A stretch of DNA of 40,000 bases from Enterobacteriaceae bacterium UBA7338 (GTDB taxonomy: Bacteria; Pseudomonadota; Gammaproteobacteria; Enterobacterales; Enterobacteriaceae). Below the pieces are notes generated by a model that was not told the origin of the DNA, searched no databases, and was given only the letters and a program-made list of their open reading frames with translations. Position 1 is the stretch's first letter; every line of letters begins with the position of its first letter. Made by a program: the position numbers and the translations under genes. The stretch covers positions 205,684 to 245,683 of the forward strand of contig DKPJ01000017.1 of assembly GCA_002480085.1 (NCBI GenBank), given 5' to 3'. Shown in pieces: positions 27,716-38,683 of this stretch.

Positions 27716-28681
27716 CTACCCCCGGAACCGGTGCTGGTTTTCAAGGAACCACTGGTAGGTGCTGGCCAGCCCCTGCTCCAGCGCGATCTCATGACGCCAG
27801 CCCAGGGCGTGCAGACGCGACACGTCCAGCAGCTTGCGCGGCGTACCGTCAGGTTTCGAGGCGTCAAAGACCACCCGGCCCTTAAAGCCCGTCACCTGGG
27901 CAAGGGTCTGCGCCAGCTCGCGGATGGTGCAGTCAATGCCGGTCCCGACGTTGATGTGCGACAGCATCGGCTCGGTGTTCTCCAGCCACACCTCGCGATC
28001 CAGCTCCATCACGTGGATGCTGGCCGCTGCCATATCATCGACGTGAAGAAACTCACGCATCGGCGTGCCGCTGCCCCACACCACCACGTCGGTCGCATTC
28101 TGCTCGGCCGCCTCGTGAAAGCGCCGAAGCAGCGCCGGGATCACGTGGGAGTTACTCGGGTGGAAGTTATCGTGCGGACCATACAGGTTGGTCGGCATTA
28201 CCGAGCGATAGTCGCGGCCATGCTGACGGTTGTAGGATTCGCACAGCTTGATCCCGGCAATTTTGGCGATGGCATACGGCTCGTTAGTGGCCTCCAGAGT
28301 ACCCTGCAGCAGCTCGCTCTCGGCGATCGGCTGGCTCGCCAGCTTCGGATAGATACATGAGGAGCCGAGGAACAGCAGCTTGTTCACGCCGTGCGTATGC
28401 GCAGCGTGAATGATGTTGCTCTCGATCATCATGTTTTCGTAGATGAAGTCAGCCGGATACGTATTGTTCGCCACAATACCGCCCACCTTCGCCGCCGCCA
28501 GGTAGACCTGATCGATCCGCTGGTCGGCGAAGAAGGCGTTAACGGCGGCCGCATCCAGCAGGTTCAGCTCATCACGGGTGCGCAGGATCAGCTCGACGTT
28601 GCCGCGCTGCTCCAGCTGGCGCACGATAGCTGACCCCACCATGCCGCGATGGCCAGCCACAAAGATACGTTGTTTACTCAT
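27716..28681 (-). CDS. fcl: GDP-L-fucose synthase (GDP-4-keto-6-deoxymannose 3,5-epimerase/4-reductase)
   Basis: 321-aa ORF with [12 protein letters not shown] (Rossmann) and YAIAKIAG (YxxxK). Length and position match E. coli Fcl/WcaG. Confidence 0.95.
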   Translation of the reverse strand: MSKQRIFVAGHRGMVGSAIVRQLEQRGNVELILRTRDELNLLDAAAVNAFFADQRIDQVYLAAAKVGGIVANNTYPADFIYENMMIESNIIHAAHTHGVNKLLFLGSSCIYPKLASQPIAESELLQGTLEATNEPYAIAKIAGIKLCESYNRQHGRDYRSVMPTNLYGPHDNFHPSNSHVIPALLRRFHEAAEQNATDVVVWGSGTPMREFLHVDDMAAASIHVMELDREVWLENTEPMLSHINVGTGIDCTIRELAQTLAQVTGFKGRVVFDASKPDGTPRKLLDVSRLHALGWRHEIALEQGLASTYQWFLENQHRFRG

Positions 28682-28683
28682 GC

Positions 28684-29805
28684 TCAGGACTCCAGCGCGA
28701 TGGCAACCTCGTAGCCGTGGGACTTCAGCAGCGAGTGTTTCTTAGCCGCTTCCAGATCCTTGGCTACCATCTCAGAGACCATCTCCTGCAGGGTGGTTTC
28801 CGGCTTCCAGCCCAGCTTCTCGTGCGCCTTGGTCGGATCGCCGAGCAGGGTCTCTACCTCTGCCGGACGGAAGTAGCGCGGATCGACGGCAACAATCACG
28901 TCGCCCGCCTTCACGCCCGGTGCGTCGTGACCGGTCACGGAGACCACGATGCCCTTCTCGTCAACGCCGGTGCCCTCAAAGCGCAGCTTGATGCCCAGCT
29001 GAGCGGCAGCCATCTCAACGAACTGGCGCACCGAGTACTGCACGCCGGTAGCGATAACGAAATCTTCCGGGTGATCCTGCTGCAGCATCATCCACTGCAT
29101 CTTCACGTAGTCTTTGGCATGGCCCCAGTCACGCAGGGAGTCCATGTTGCCGAGATAGAGGCAGGACTCGAGGCCCTGGGCAATGTTGGCAATACCGCGG
29201 GTGATTTTGCGGGTGACGAAGGTCTCGCCGCGGCGCGGGGATTCGTGGTTGAACAGAATGCCGTTGCAGGCGTACATGCCGTAGGATTCACGGTAGTTAA
29301 CGGTGATCCAGTAGGCGTAGAGCTTCGCTACCGCATACGGTGAACGCGGGTAGAACGGGGTAGTCTCCTTCTGCGGGATCTCCTGCACCAGGCCATACAG
29401 CTCAGAGGTGGAGGCCTGGTAGAAACGGGTTTTCTTCTCAAGGCCGAGGAAGCGGATCGCCTCCAGCAGGCGCAGAGTACCCATGCCGTCAACGTCGGCG
29501 GTATACTCCGGGGACTCGAAGGAGACCGCAACGTGGCTCATTGCCCCCAGGTTGTAGACCTCGTCCGGCTGCACTTCCTGCAGGATACGCGTCAGGTTGG
29601 AGCTGTCGGTCAGATCGCCGTAGTGCAGATGGAATTTCGGGTTGCTGGCGTGCGGATCCTGATAGATGTGGTCCACGCGCTCGGTGTTAAACGAAGAGGC
29701 GCGACGCTTGATGCCGTGAACCTCGTAGCCTTTCTCCAGCAGCAGCTCCGCCAGATAAGAGCCATCCTGCCCGGTCACGCCGGTGATGAGAGCGACTTTA
29801 GACAT
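28684..29805 (-). CDS. gmd: GDP-mannose 4,6-dehydratase
   Basis: 373-aa ORF with [24 protein letters not shown] and [10 protein letters not shown]. The length matches E. coli Gmd. Confidence 0.96.
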   Translation of the reverse strand: MSKVALITGVTGQDGSYLAELLLEKGYEVHGIKRRASSFNTERVDHIYQDPHASNPKFHLHYGDLTDSSNLTRILQEVQPDEVYNLGAMSHVAVSFESPEYTADVDGMGTLRLLEAIRFLGLEKKTRFYQASTSELYGLVQEIPQKETTPFYPRSPYAVAKLYAYWITVNYRESYGMYACNGILFNHESPRRGETFVTRKITRGIANIAQGLESCLYLGNMDSLRDWGHAKDYVKMQWMMLQQDHPEDFVIATGVQYSVRQFVEMAAAQLGIKLRFEGTGVDEKGIVVSVTGHDAPGVKAGDVIVAVDPRYFRPAEVETLLGDPTKAHEKLGWKPETTLQEMVSEMVAKDLEAAKKHSLLKSHGYEVAIALES

Positions 29806-29832
29806 AGTTATTTTCTCCAGACTTATCAGAAA

Positions 29833-30381
29833 TTATTCAGTTTCTACGCGTTCGCGTATCACCACTGCGGGATTGCCACGGCAGATGGCGTTGGCCGGTA
29901 GCGATTTAAAAACGCTGCTCCGCGCCCCTACCACCGTGCCGCTGCCAATCGTGACCCCTGGGGCAACAAACACATCCGTTGCCAGCCAGCACTTCTCGCC
30001 AATCACAATAGGCGTCGCGTTAATAGCAAAATGCGCGCTTAAATAGTCGTGACTGCCGGTACACAAATAACACTTTTGTGACACTACCGAATTAGCGCCG
30101 AGGGTAATCTCACCCAGCGTATATAAAACGGCTTCGTCGCCTACCCAGCTATAGTCTCCGAGGGTCAATTTCCACGGATAGGTAATCTTGACTGACGGAC
30201 GAATGACTACGTTTTTTCCGATTTTTGCGCCAAACAGACGCAATAAAAAAGCCCGCCAGCGATACATAACCTGCGGCGACCAGGCAAATAACGTCGCCTG
30301 TACTGCCCACCACAGCTGAACTTTAATAGCTCCCGCCCCCCGGAACCCTTTCGGCACCGAGAATCCTTTTAAATCCTGCAT
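29833..30381 (-). CDS. wcaF: Colanic acid O-acetyltransferase WcaF (hexapeptide repeat)
   Basis: 182-aa ORF, the same length as E. coli WcaF, with LbH repeats (IGEKCWLATDVFVAPGVTIGSGTVVGARSSV) and matching synteny. Confidence 0.92.
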   Translation of the reverse strand: MQDLKGFSVPKGFRGAGAIKVQLWWAVQATLFAWSPQVMYRWRAFLLRLFGAKIGKNVVIRPSVKITYPWKLTLGDYSWVGDEAVLYTLGEITLGANSVVSQKCYLCTGSHDYLSAHFAINATPIVIGEKCWLATDVFVAPGVTIGSGTVVGARSSVFKSLPANAICRGNPAVVIRERVETE

Positions 30382-30396
30382 GGTTATCCCTTATAT

Positions 30397-31143
30397 TTAG
30401 GCTTTGTGATATAAGGCTTTTGTCTTTCCGGTAGTACGTACGCGCAAGAAATAAGAGAGCTGCGCCCAGAAACCGGGCACGCGCAATATCTTACGCTGGA
30501 CCTTTCTGGCATCGTTACAGAGTTCGAGATTATTGGACGTTGAGACGCCGCCCATTGAAAATTCAGACACCAACCCCTTTACACGCTTAAATGGATAGCC
30601 CGCTTTAAACATTCTGGCGGCCAGCGCATAATCCGATGAAACTTTATATTGCAGATCGTAGGGATAGGTTTTTAAGCCGCTCACCGGGAAAAAGATCGCC
30701 TGGTGGCTGGCGGGCAGGCTGTGATAGATATACCAGCCGTGCTTGGCGCTGCGGCGTATTTTTGTCCCATCGCCAAAATCCAGCAGCGCGTCGCCGATAT
30801 ACATCGCCTTTTCGCGCTCGTCCGCCAGCTGGCGAACCACGTCAGCAACATCCTCATGAAAGATATCGCCCGAGTTGAGGAACAGGGCAAAGCGCCCTTC
30901 CGCCAGCGCAACGCCCTTGTTCATGGCGTCATAGATGCCGTTATCCCTCTCGCTAACAAAGCGTAAGTTATACTCACCATTGAGTTTTTCTAAAAATTCG
31001 CGGGTGCCGTCGTTAGAGCCACCGTCCACCACAATCCACTCAAAAGTAATATCTTTTGCCCGCGCCAGATGGGCCAATGAGGCATGCGTTTTCACCACGC
31101 CCGCATAGTTACGGAAGGCAACGGTAATGACACTGAGCAGCAT
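30397..31143 (-). CDS. wcaE: Colanic acid glycosyltransferase WcaE (GT2)
   Basis: 248-aa ORF, the same length as E. coli WcaE, with [19 protein letters not shown] and matching synteny. Confidence 0.92.
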   Translation of the reverse strand: MLLSVITVAFRNYAGVVKTHASLAHLARAKDITFEWIVVDGGSNDGTREFLEKLNGEYNLRFVSERDNGIYDAMNKGVALAEGRFALFLNSGDIFHEDVADVVRQLADEREKAMYIGDALLDFGDGTKIRRSAKHGWYIYHSLPASHQAIFFPVSGLKTYPYDLQYKVSSDYALAARMFKAGYPFKRVKGLVSEFSMGGVSTSNNLELCNDARKVQRKILRVPGFWAQLSYFLRVRTTGKTKALYHKA

Positions 31144-31161
31144 GTTTTCACCTCATCAGGA

Positions 31162-32376
31162 TTAAGTAATATTTAGCGCCTTGCGCAAAATAAACGGGCA
31201 AACGATCAAGAACGCGTATTCCGGGCTAAAAATCGAACCGGTAAAAAAGAGCGATACCGGCATAAATAGATACAGCTGAACACGATAATTCTGATTATTA
31301 CCAAATGCGTTGACCATCATTTTTAAGACTTTACTCATGTACCAGATAGTCAGTACTACAGCGCACCATGAAAAATAAATAATCAGCAGATACAAGCCAT
31401 TGTCTATTGTTTTTCCGACGTCCGCACCGTTAAAGATTCCGAATGATGCAACATATTCATAAAGAGAACCAAAACGTACGGCGCCATCGATATTGGTTAA
31501 TGCGCTGCCAACCATCGCCAGCGGACCGATGATTCGATAATAGGAAGAGGAGCCTTCCGTACCGAGATCGCCGAGTCGTTCGGAAATATACGGAAATGCA
31601 AACACGATACCGACCATAAAAACGGCTAACGATATTATTGCCAACGGCAGCTTTTTCTTAATCGCCTCTTTATTCAGATACTGAAACGCCCACTCCAGCA
31701 AATAAAACAGAATAAAGGTCATGACGCCGGAGAAAGAACCTGAAAGAACTATCCCTGCCAGAATCATACCATCAGTTTTAGGGGTCTTGATACCAAACTG
31801 TTTGATGCTCAGCCAAATTGAGATTAATGCCAGAGCGAAGAAAGCCGGTTCGAAATAGAGCGCCGTGGTTCGCTTCCCGCCGAACTTGATAAAATTCAGC
31901 ACGTAGCTGTTGGAGTAGATCAGATATTTCGAGATCGTCTCCATCAGGCTGCTGCCGCCGGAGAGAATAATCTGCGCCATCTCCATCGCCGCCAGGGTGA
32001 CGATCAGCCCCACCACCAGGTAGAAGAAACGCAGGATCTTACGGTAGTTGTGGGGCGAGACGACCTTAAAGCGGATGCTCCACACCATGCCGATAATGAT
32101 CACGATGTTGATAAACAGCAGCGTGGAGGTGGCATATTTGCTGGCGTTAAACGACCGTCCGAACAGGTAGTTAAAGACGGTCAGCCCGGCCCCGATCCCC
32201 AGCGCAATCAGCAGCTTCTTCACGCTGATCCTATCGACGAAGAGCAGCAGTAGCACCGGTAAAAAGGTGACGATGGTGATGGGGAAGCTCTCCCCCAGCT
32301 GGGCAATTTTGACGTTGACCAGCAGGTAGGTCAGCGGCAGCAGCAGATAGCTACAGACTCTGATAGAACGCGACAT
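31162..32376 (-). CDS. wcaD: Colanic acid polymerase WcaD
   Basis: The track ORF (31162..32508) has a 44-aa Arg/Trp-rich extension that lies inside wcaC. I prefer the Met at 32376 (MSRSIRVCSYLLLPLTYLLV..., 404 aa), which matches the length of E. coli WcaD (405 aa). It is a polytopic membrane protein. Confidence 0.88.
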   Translation of the reverse strand: MSRSIRVCSYLLLPLTYLLVNVKIAQLGESFPITIVTFLPVLLLLFVDRISVKKLLIALGIGAGLTVFNYLFGRSFNASKYATSTLLFINIVIIIGMVWSIRFKVVSPHNYRKILRFFYLVVGLIVTLAAMEMAQIILSGGSSLMETISKYLIYSNSYVLNFIKFGGKRTTALYFEPAFFALALISIWLSIKQFGIKTPKTDGMILAGIVLSGSFSGVMTFILFYLLEWAFQYLNKEAIKKKLPLAIISLAVFMVGIVFAFPYISERLGDLGTEGSSSYYRIIGPLAMVGSALTNIDGAVRFGSLYEYVASFGIFNGADVGKTIDNGLYLLIIYFSWCAVVLTIWYMSKVLKMMVNAFGNNQNYRVQLYLFMPVSLFFTGSIFSPEYAFLIVCPFILRKALNIT

Positions 32377-33568
32377 ACTCCTCCAGCATCTGCTCTCCGC
32401 TATAGGCCTGACGGCTGCGCGCCCGGAACGCCTCCAGCGAGGTGCCAAACACCGCCTCGGCAATCTCCGCTTTTGGCCGCTGAACCAGCTCCAGCACCCT
32501 CTCCTCATCGAAGGTCATGCCGCCGGATTTGCGCAGCACCTCGTGCGCCGCGTCGCTATGGGTGGCGATCACCGGCACGCCAATCGACAGCGCCTCGCAC
32601 AGGATCAGCGGGTAGTTATCGACCCGGGAGCTAAATACCAGGGCATCCATCTGGTTCAGCTCGCTCATCAGCTGGCGCTTGTCAGTTAAAAAGCCATGGT
32701 TAATGACGTTCCCCCCGTCAAAGGGTGAGAACTTGCCAAAGGTGTGCAGCTCAATGCCCTTGCCCAGGGCCATCATCTTCTGCACCAGTTTTTGATTGGT
32801 TTTGCCGTCGTAACGCAGGTCGTGGGCGACGATAGCTATTTTCGGCGCGCCCTGGCCGCTGGCAACCGGCGGCAGCTCGGCAAGGATTGCCTCGGTAGCG
32901 ACGTCGATGCCGTTATTGATGATCTTGCAGCGGCCCTGGCCATAGATGCTGTTAAAGGCGTCGGCCACGTGCTGGCTGGGGGAGATAAAGTGGCACCCGA
33001 GGGCGATCATCTCGCTAAACAGGCGGCGCTTGCCCGCCACCAGGCTGTGGGCGCGATCCACCTTCACGGGAGGATAGTTATCCAGCGTCGGGCAGGTCTG
33101 GCAGTGGGCCTTCCACCCCTCGCAGCCGTCGGTAAAGGCGCAGCGCCCGGTGACGCTCCAGTGATCGTGCAGGGTCCAGACCAGGGTCACGTCGCGTCGG
33201 CTGGCGGTGACCCGCTGGCAAAACGCCACTACCTTGTCCAGCTTCAGCCAGTAGCTGTGCATAACGTGAAAGTGCAGTACCACCGGTCCCTGGGAGCGGA
33301 TCACCTCGAGATAGAGGTCGTTAAGATCGCCAAATATATCGCGATTGAAGAGGCGGAACAGCGCCAGGTTGGCAATCGAGGTCAGGCGCGGCGTGTGCTT
33401 GATCACCTCTGGATAGCTGTCGTGGCTGACGCTCTTTCTGCCGCCCTTGCCGTAGCCGTAGACGAAGCGCGAGCGCATCCCCTGCTGCAGTGCCCGCTGG
33501 TGCAGATCGAGGGCCACGCCAGCCGCGCCCCCTTCGGCCAGGCGGACGTTGAACTGTAAAATATTCAT
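32351..33568 (-). CDS. wcaC: Colanic acid glycosyltransferase WcaC
   Basis: 405-aa ORF, the same length as E. coli WcaC, beginning MNILQFNVRLAEGGAAGVALDLH, with a GT-B C-terminal half and matching synteny. Confidence 0.92.
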   Translation of the reverse strand: MNILQFNVRLAEGGAAGVALDLHQRALQQGMRSRFVYGYGKGGRKSVSHDSYPEVIKHTPRLTSIANLALFRLFNRDIFGDLNDLYLEVIRSQGPVVLHFHVMHSYWLKLDKVVAFCQRVTASRRDVTLVWTLHDHWSVTGRCAFTDGCEGWKAHCQTCPTLDNYPPVKVDRAHSLVAGKRRLFSEMIALGCHFISPSQHVADAFNSIYGQGRCKIINNGIDVATEAILAELPPVASGQGAPKIAIVAHDLRYDGKTNQKLVQKMMALGKGIELHTFGKFSPFDGGNVINHGFLTDKRQLMSELNQMDALVFSSRVDNYPLILCEALSIGVPVIATHSDAAHEVLRKSGGMTFDEERVLELVQRPKAEIAEAVFGTSLEAFRARSRQAYSGEQMLEEYVAFYQSL

Positions 33569-34056
33569 CTGATCACCTTCACCCGCGCTTTCTCACCGAC
33601 CACCAGCGCATTGTCCGGCACGCTGTCCAGCACCACGCTGCCCGCGCCGATAGTGACGCCGTTGCCGATGGTGATATCGCCAATGATGACCACATTCGCC
33701 CCCAGCTCCACGCCGTTACCAATCACCGGGCAGGCGAGGCTGTCGTCGCCCCGGTTGCCAATGGTGACACCGTGGCGAATGGTGAAGTCATCCCCCGCCA
33801 CGACGTTTTTGTTGATCACGACGGCATAGCCGTGATGGATGGTAAAACGCCGTCCGATGGTGGCTGCGGCCTGGATCTCATAGCCAAACAGGCACTCGGT
33901 AATAAAGCGGTAGAGCAGCAGCACCGGCGCCGCCCACAGGTTGTTAATGACGCTTTTTTTGCGCCACACCGAGCAAAAATGAGCGATACGGTAGGCCAGC
34001 ACCATGCAGCAGGGGCGCAGGCTCCAGTGGTTAGCGCGAAAATCTTCGAGACGCAT
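33565..34056 (-). CDS. wcaB: Colanic acid O-acetyltransferase WcaB (hexapeptide repeat, CysE/NodL-like)
   Basis: 163-aa ORF. The region ...RPCCMVLAYRIAHFCSVWRKK...GYEIQAAATIGRRFTIHHGYAVVINKNVVAGDDFTIRHGVTIGN is colinear with E. coli WcaB as I recall it. Confidence 0.93.
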   Translation of the reverse strand: MRLEDFRANHWSLRPCCMVLAYRIAHFCSVWRKKSVINNLWAAPVLLLYRFITECLFGYEIQAAATIGRRFTIHHGYAVVINKNVVAGDDFTIRHGVTIGNRGDDSLACPVIGNGVELGANVVIIGDITIGNGVTIGAGSVVLDSVPDNALVVGEKARVKVIR

Positions 34057-34901
34057 TATTTACTCCGCAGCCCGTAGGCAAGACGCTTGCCGTTGCGCAG
34101 AGAGAACAGGGTCAGCAGCGTGCGCAGGGTCATCCGCTTGTTGCGGATCTGGTAGAGCGTAAAGAGCTGGTACTTCTTGCTGGCGCGATCGAACTTATCT
34201 TTATGCTTGCGGTAGAAGTGGAAGTAGCCGGAGAACTTCTTCGGCGAGGTGGTGATCTGCATCTCCCCATGGTTAACGTGCAGGATCTGCGTCGCCTCCT
34301 CCACCTTCCACGGCTCGCCATACTCCACCACCATCCGCAGGAAGATGTCGTAGTCCTGGGCCGCCTTCAGCTCGACGTCGAACAGGCAGGCTTTGAAGCG
34401 CGAGGCCAGGGTAAAGACCTGGTTGCCAATGATGTTGCGCTTGTAGAACAGCGTCCGCGAATAGGGAGATTTCGGATAGAGCGGCAGGCTGGCGGGCTGG
34501 GCATAGACCTCCCCCTCGCAGACGTAGTCGTTGGCGTAGAGGAACGCGTGGGTTACCAGCTGGTGCTTATGCGCAAGGAAGACCGACAGGCGGTCCGGCG
34601 TCCACTCGTCGTCGTCGTCGATCCCGGTGATGTAGTGCCCCCGCGCCTGCAAAATGGCCTGGTTGCGCACCGCGCAGGCGCCGGAGTTGAACGGGTTGCG
34701 GACGTAGGTCACACGCGGATCGTTAAGGTCCGCAACGTACTGCTCAAGCTGCTCGTAGTTCGCCGAGCAGTCGTCAACGACGATCATCTCCCAGTGCGGA
34801 TAGTCCTGGCGTAAAACTGATTTGATAGCGCGGATCGCCAGCTGCTGACGGTTCCATGTCGGCATATAAATAGAGATGGTTGGGTAATTGGCTGTTGTCA
34901 T
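34056..34901 (-). CDS. wcaA: Colanic acid glycosyltransferase WcaA (GT2)
   Basis: 281-aa ORF with ISIYMPTWNRQQLAIRAIKSVLRQDY, VVDDCS and GIDDDDEW, colinear with E. coli WcaA. Its stop overlaps the wcaB start by 1 nt (TAATG). Confidence 0.93.
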   Translation of the reverse strand: MTTANYPTISIYMPTWNRQQLAIRAIKSVLRQDYPHWEMIVVDDCSANYEQLEQYVADLNDPRVTYVRNPFNSGACAVRNQAILQARGHYITGIDDDDEWTPDRLSVFLAHKHQLVTHAFLYANDYVCEGEVYAQPASLPLYPKSPYSRTLFYKRNIIGNQVFTLASRFKACLFDVELKAAQDYDIFLRMVVEYGEPWKVEEATQILHVNHGEMQITTSPKKFSGYFHFYRKHKDKFDRASKKYQLFTLYQIRNKRMTLRTLLTLFSLRNGKRLAYGLRSK

Positions 34902-34929
34902 TTCTTGTTCCCAGGGTTGCCTGTAGCTC

Positions 34930-37092
34930 TTATTTGGAGTCCGACTTATATTCGTACTCGTAATAGCCGTAGTCCTGATATCCCGTCGCCCGACGGAAGA
35001 TGGAGTTCAGGATCACGCCTTTCACCTGAATGCCGTTCTGGTCAAAGCGGCTCAGGCTGGTCTCCACCTCTTTCAGGGTGTTAACCGCATAGCGCGCCAC
35101 CATCAGGGTGGTACCGGCATGGCGTCCAACTACCGCCGCATCGGTCACCGCGAGGATCGGCGGCGTATCGATCAGCACCAGGTCGTAGCGGCTGCTGGCC
35201 CACGCGAGCAGCTGCGAGAAACGCTCGCTCATCAGCAGCTCAGAAGGGTTCGGTGGTACCTGGCCACGCGGCACCAGATCGAAATGGGTAATGGCGGTGG
35301 GCTTCACGCAGGTGGAGAAATCCCCCTGCCCTGCCAGGATATCGGAGAGACCGTTGACGTTATCGGTGCCGAGCAGCTCATGGGTGTAGCCCTTGCGCAT
35401 GTCGCAGTCGATCATCAGCACGCGCTTGTTGGTCTGGCTGATCACCGCCGCCAGGTTGGCACAGACGAAGGTTTTACCGATCGACGGGCTGACCCCGGTC
35501 ATCATCAGGACGTTATTGCTGGCCTGCATCATGGCAAAGTGCAGGCTGGTGCGCAGGCTGCGGATCGCCTCGATTGCCAGATCGGTCGGGTTGCCCACCG
35601 CCAGCAGCTGGCTCTGCTTAAAGCGCTTGCTGCCTTTGCTGGTGGTCACATTGTCCCGCGCCTTCTGCCACTCGGAGAGCGGAATGCTGGCGTAGACGCT
35701 GATGCCGTTCTCCTCCAGCACCTGCGGACTCTCGATCCCGCGGTTAAACAGCGAGCGCAGCAGCACGCCAACGATGGAGAGCATCAGGCCGAGAATAATG
35801 CTGCCGAGAATAATCAGCGCTTTCTTCGGCTTCAGCACGCCGGGCTGATCGATAGCCGGATCGACAATGCGGACGTCCCCTACCGTGCTGGCCTCGGTGA
35901 TCTTCAGCTCCTGCTGTTTATTCAGCAGCTGCATATAAACCTGCTGGCCGGACTCTACGTCACGGGTCAGGCGCACAATCTCCTGCTGGGTTTTTGGCAT
36001 CGCGGAGACGCGCCCGCTGAGGCGACCCTTCTCCTCCTCCAGCGCCCGCCGTTTCTCCAGCAGCGTGCGGTAGGCCGGGTGCGCTTTGGTATAGAGCTTG
36101 GAGATCTCCGCCTCTTTAAAGGTCAGCTCGTTAAGCTGGGCGTCAATGTTGACCATGGAGTCGAGCACCGCCTTCGCCTCCAGCGGCAGGTCTACCGAAT
36201 CCTTATCCTGACGGAAGGCGTTAAGCTTGTTCTCCGCCTCATCGAGATTGGCCCGCACCTCCGGAAGCTGTTTCGCAAGGAAGGCCAGGCTTTTCGCCGC
36301 CTCTTCCGACTTACGCTCAACGTTCTGCGCCAGATAGTTACGGGTGATGCTGTTGAGAATGGCGCGGATCTGGTTGCGATCCTCACCGGTAAAGCTCAGG
36401 CTGAGCACGCCGGTATCCTTACCGTTCTCGGTCACCGACAGGTTGTTTTGCAGATTGTTGATCACGCCCAGCGTCGAGAATTTCGTTACCGTAAACTCGC
36501 TGCCTTCCGATGCCTTAATCGCGCTAACCTCAAAGGTTACCCCCTCCTTTTGCAGCAGCTTACCCACCTCGCCGCGGGCGCTAAACCCGGCGTCGCTGGT
36601 CAGCTGATACTGTTTCGGTCCCAATACGCTGAGGGTAAAGATCTGCTCATTTGCGCCCTTGGGGAGCGTAAAGGTGGTCACCTTAACGGTTTCGTTCTGG
36701 CGACCCTGAAGGCGATCCCAGCCTGCGCCGAAGATCGGGAAGGTGTTTTTGGTCACGCCGATGTCGAGATCGAGATCGTCAACCGTTTTGCCCAGCACCA
36801 TTCGCGACTTAATCAGCTGGATCTCCGCGTCTGAAGCGGGGGGCTTGTTGGAGAGCGCGCTGTTAAGGTTCTGCACCAGCGAACCACCGGCGTCCTGCTC
36901 AATCTGCACCAGCGCGTCGGCGCTGTAGATAGGGGTAGCGAACAGGGTATAGATCGCCGCCGCCAGCGCGAACAGGGCCGTAATCCCCAGCACCCACCAG
37001 CGCGCCTCAATAATGGTTCCCACAAGGCGGCCGATATCGATCTCATCACCGCCCGTCTGTGGGGCAGCAGCATGGTGTAATTTTTCTGTCAT
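34930..37092 (-). CDS. wzc: Tyrosine autokinase / polysaccharide co-polymerase Wzc (PCP-2a)
   Basis: I prefer the Met at 37092 (MTEKLHHAAAPQTGGDEIDIGRLVGTIIEARWW, 720 aa, the E. coli Wzc length) over the track start at 37128. It has Walker A GVSPSIGKTF and the C-terminal Tyr cluster GYQDYGYYEYEYKS. Confidence 0.95.
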   Translation of the reverse strand: MTEKLHHAAAPQTGGDEIDIGRLVGTIIEARWWVLGITALFALAAAIYTLFATPIYSADALVQIEQDAGGSLVQNLNSALSNKPPASDAEIQLIKSRMVLGKTVDDLDLDIGVTKNTFPIFGAGWDRLQGRQNETVKVTTFTLPKGANEQIFTLSVLGPKQYQLTSDAGFSARGEVGKLLQKEGVTFEVSAIKASEGSEFTVTKFSTLGVINNLQNNLSVTENGKDTGVLSLSFTGEDRNQIRAILNSITRNYLAQNVERKSEEAAKSLAFLAKQLPEVRANLDEAENKLNAFRQDKDSVDLPLEAKAVLDSMVNIDAQLNELTFKEAEISKLYTKAHPAYRTLLEKRRALEEEKGRLSGRVSAMPKTQQEIVRLTRDVESGQQVYMQLLNKQQELKITEASTVGDVRIVDPAIDQPGVLKPKKALIILGSIILGLMLSIVGVLLRSLFNRGIESPQVLEENGISVYASIPLSEWQKARDNVTTSKGSKRFKQSQLLAVGNPTDLAIEAIRSLRTSLHFAMMQASNNVLMMTGVSPSIGKTFVCANLAAVISQTNKRVLMIDCDMRKGYTHELLGTDNVNGLSDILAGQGDFSTCVKPTAITHFDLVPRGQVPPNPSELLMSERFSQLLAWASSRYDLVLIDTPPILAVTDAAVVGRHAGTTLMVARYAVNTLKEVETSLSRFDQNGIQVKGVILNSIFRRATGYQDYGYYEYEYKSDSK

Positions 37093-37094
37093 GG

Positions 37095-37538
37095 TTATCC
37101 CTGCTGAACGTGCAACGCCTGCGCCCACTGGCGGGCCGAGCGATCGAGTAAGGTGTAGACGGCCTCAAAGGCCTCGCGGCTTTTGCGGTAGGGATCGGGG
37201 ATCTCGCGCTCGCCGTCCCAGTGACCAAACAGCATCACCTTGCCGCGCATCTCCGGTGCGATTTCGCACAGCGCGGCAATATGGCGCTTCTCCATCACCA
37301 GGATCAGGTCATACTCCCGGCACATCCGCCCGGTGATCTGCCGCGCGCTGTGCCCGGCCAGCGACAGCTGGTGATCCTCTGCTACGCTGGTCGCCGTGGC
37401 GTCCGCGCCTTTACCCACCAGCGCACCCAGCCCGGCAGACTCCACCGTCAGGGTGGGCTGATAGTGTTTCAGCAGCCGCTCCCCCGTCGGAGAGCGGCAG
37501 ATGTTGCCCACGCATACCACTAAAATTTTGTTAAACAT
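37095..37538 (-). CDS. wzb: Low-molecular-weight protein-tyrosine phosphatase Wzb
   Basis: I prefer the Met at 37538 (MFNKILVVCVGNICRSPTGERLL, 147 aa). The track's 31-aa extension lies inside wza. It has the CX5R(S) P-loop VCVGNICRS and DPY near the C-terminus. Confidence 0.95.
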   Translation of the reverse strand: MFNKILVVCVGNICRSPTGERLLKHYQPTLTVESAGLGALVGKGADATATSVAEDHQLSLAGHSARQITGRMCREYDLILVMEKRHIAALCEIAPEMRGKVMLFGHWDGEREIPDPYRKSREAFEAVYTLLDRSARQWAQALHVQQG

Positions 37539-37543
37539 GAGCG

Positions 37544-38683
37544 TTACCAGTTGTGAACGTCGCTGGCGGTGTCGGTCATGTAGCGAACGCCACTGATCGT
37601 CGGCAGCAACTGGTTGATAAGGCGGTTCCAACGGGTAACCGGCGCGGTGGTGACGTAGACCACGTCGTAAGGCTGAAGGCGGAACTCCGTCGCCATCACC
37701 AGCGAGGTGGCATCGGACATATCGAGCTGGTAAATATTGGCCATCTTGCCGCTGCGGCCGCCCTCGCCCTTCAGCGGACGGATCACAAAGATGCCGCTGG
37801 CGTCGGAAGCGGTAAGATCCAGCCCTTCGGCCTGGCCCAGCGCTTCGGTCAGGGTCATGCCGCTGAAGTCCATCTTGAGGGTGCTCTGTTTTTTCACTTC
37901 GCCCATCACGAACACTTTCAGATCGTCATTGCGCGGCACGAATAGGATGTCCCCCGGATAGAGCAGGCGGTTCTGGCTCAGGTCGCCGTTCTGCATCAGC
38001 GCCTGCAGGGAGATACGCTGCTCGCGGCCCTCATGGGTAAGGACCACGTTGCGCCAGTCGGCGGTGTCGGTCAGGCCGCCGGCGGCGTTAATCGCATCCA
38101 GCACGGTAAGCGGCACGTTGGTAATGGCCTGCTGGCCTGATTTATTTACCTGCCCGGAGATATAGGCTTTCTGCGAGCGGAAAGCGGCGATATTAACGTC
38201 AACCTGCGGGTCGGCGATGTACTGCGCTAAGCGGCCGGTAATATCACTGCGGATTTCAGCAAGGGTTTTGCCCACGACGTGGACTTTGCCAATGTAGGGG
38301 TAGAACATGGAGCCATCGGGCTGAACCCAGTTACCGGCATCGCTGGAGCTGCGGTACTGCCCGGCGGGGGTAGTCAGCTCCGGGTGATCCCAGACGGTGA
38401 CGTTCAGGACGTCACCCGGGCCAACGCGGTACTGGTAGCTGGAGATCTCCTGGTCCAGCGACATGTTGGGTTGGGCGACGTTGGGTCGGGGTCGAAGCTG
38501 TTCTACCAGTCGGGGAGTCAAAGGATAAACATTCACCATGCGGTCGAGATCGAAATCAGCATCTTGCTGTTTAATCACATCCTTACCCATCGTGGTCATA
38601 TTGCTTCCGGGGAAAACCGTGCAACCACTCATCAAGGCCACAGATACCAATAATGGCATCAATTTCATTTTGGATTTCATCAT
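37544..38683 (-). CDS. wza: Outer-membrane polysaccharide export lipoprotein Wza (OPX)
   Basis: 379-aa ORF beginning [21 protein letters not shown] (lipobox LMSGC). It is nearly colinear with E. coli Wza through ...[13 protein letters not shown]. Confidence 0.96.
   Translation of the reverse strand: MMKSKMKLMPLLVSVALMSGCTVFPGSNMTTMGKDVIKQQDADFDLDRMVNVYPLTPRLVEQLRPRPNVAQPNMSLDQEISSYQYRVGPGDVLNVTVWDHPELTTPAGQYRSSSDAGNWVQPDGSMFYPYIGKVHVVGKTLAEIRSDITGRLAQYIADPQVDVNIAAFRSQKAYISGQVNKSGQQAITNVPLTVLDAINAAGGLTDTADWRNVVLTHEGREQRISLQALMQNGDLSQNRLLYPGDILFVPRNDDLKVFVMGEVKKQSTLKMDFSGMTLTEALGQAEGLDLTASDASGIFVIRPLKGEGGRSGKMANIYQLDMSDATSLVMATEFRLQPYDVVYVTTAPVTRWNRLINQLLPTISGVRYMTDTASDVHNW

Noticed and set aside
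1832-34814. Other long + strand ORFs in the track (for example 1832..2611, 13965..14513, 15238..16146, 16867..17616, 18337..19014, 19194..19856, 24698..25375, 26446..26970, 27731..28360, 28717..29343, 32744..33559, 34203..34814), plus short same-strand out-of-frame ORFs nested in genes
   Set aside because: Each is fully contained within, or antisense to, a confidently assigned minus-strand gene. None has motifs of its own. Their abundance tracks local GC content: they are frequent in the wca genes, gnd and rmlB, and rare in the AT-rich O-antigen core.
35119-36834. A 571-aa + strand ORF opposite wzc
   Set aside because: It is antisense to a full-length Wzc that has Walker A and the C-terminal Tyr cluster. 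Its composition is typical of a GC-rich shadow frame.
37539-37631. N-terminal extensions suggested by the ORF track: wzb to 37631, wzc to 37128, wcaD to 32508, cpsG to 24544 and galF to 16140
   Set aside because: The extensions lie inside the upstream gene or start just before a better-placed ATG with a Shine-Dalgarno. The extra residues are not conserved, for example the Arg/Trp-rich 44 aa on wcaD. The shorter starts reproduce the E. coli protein lengths and N-termini.
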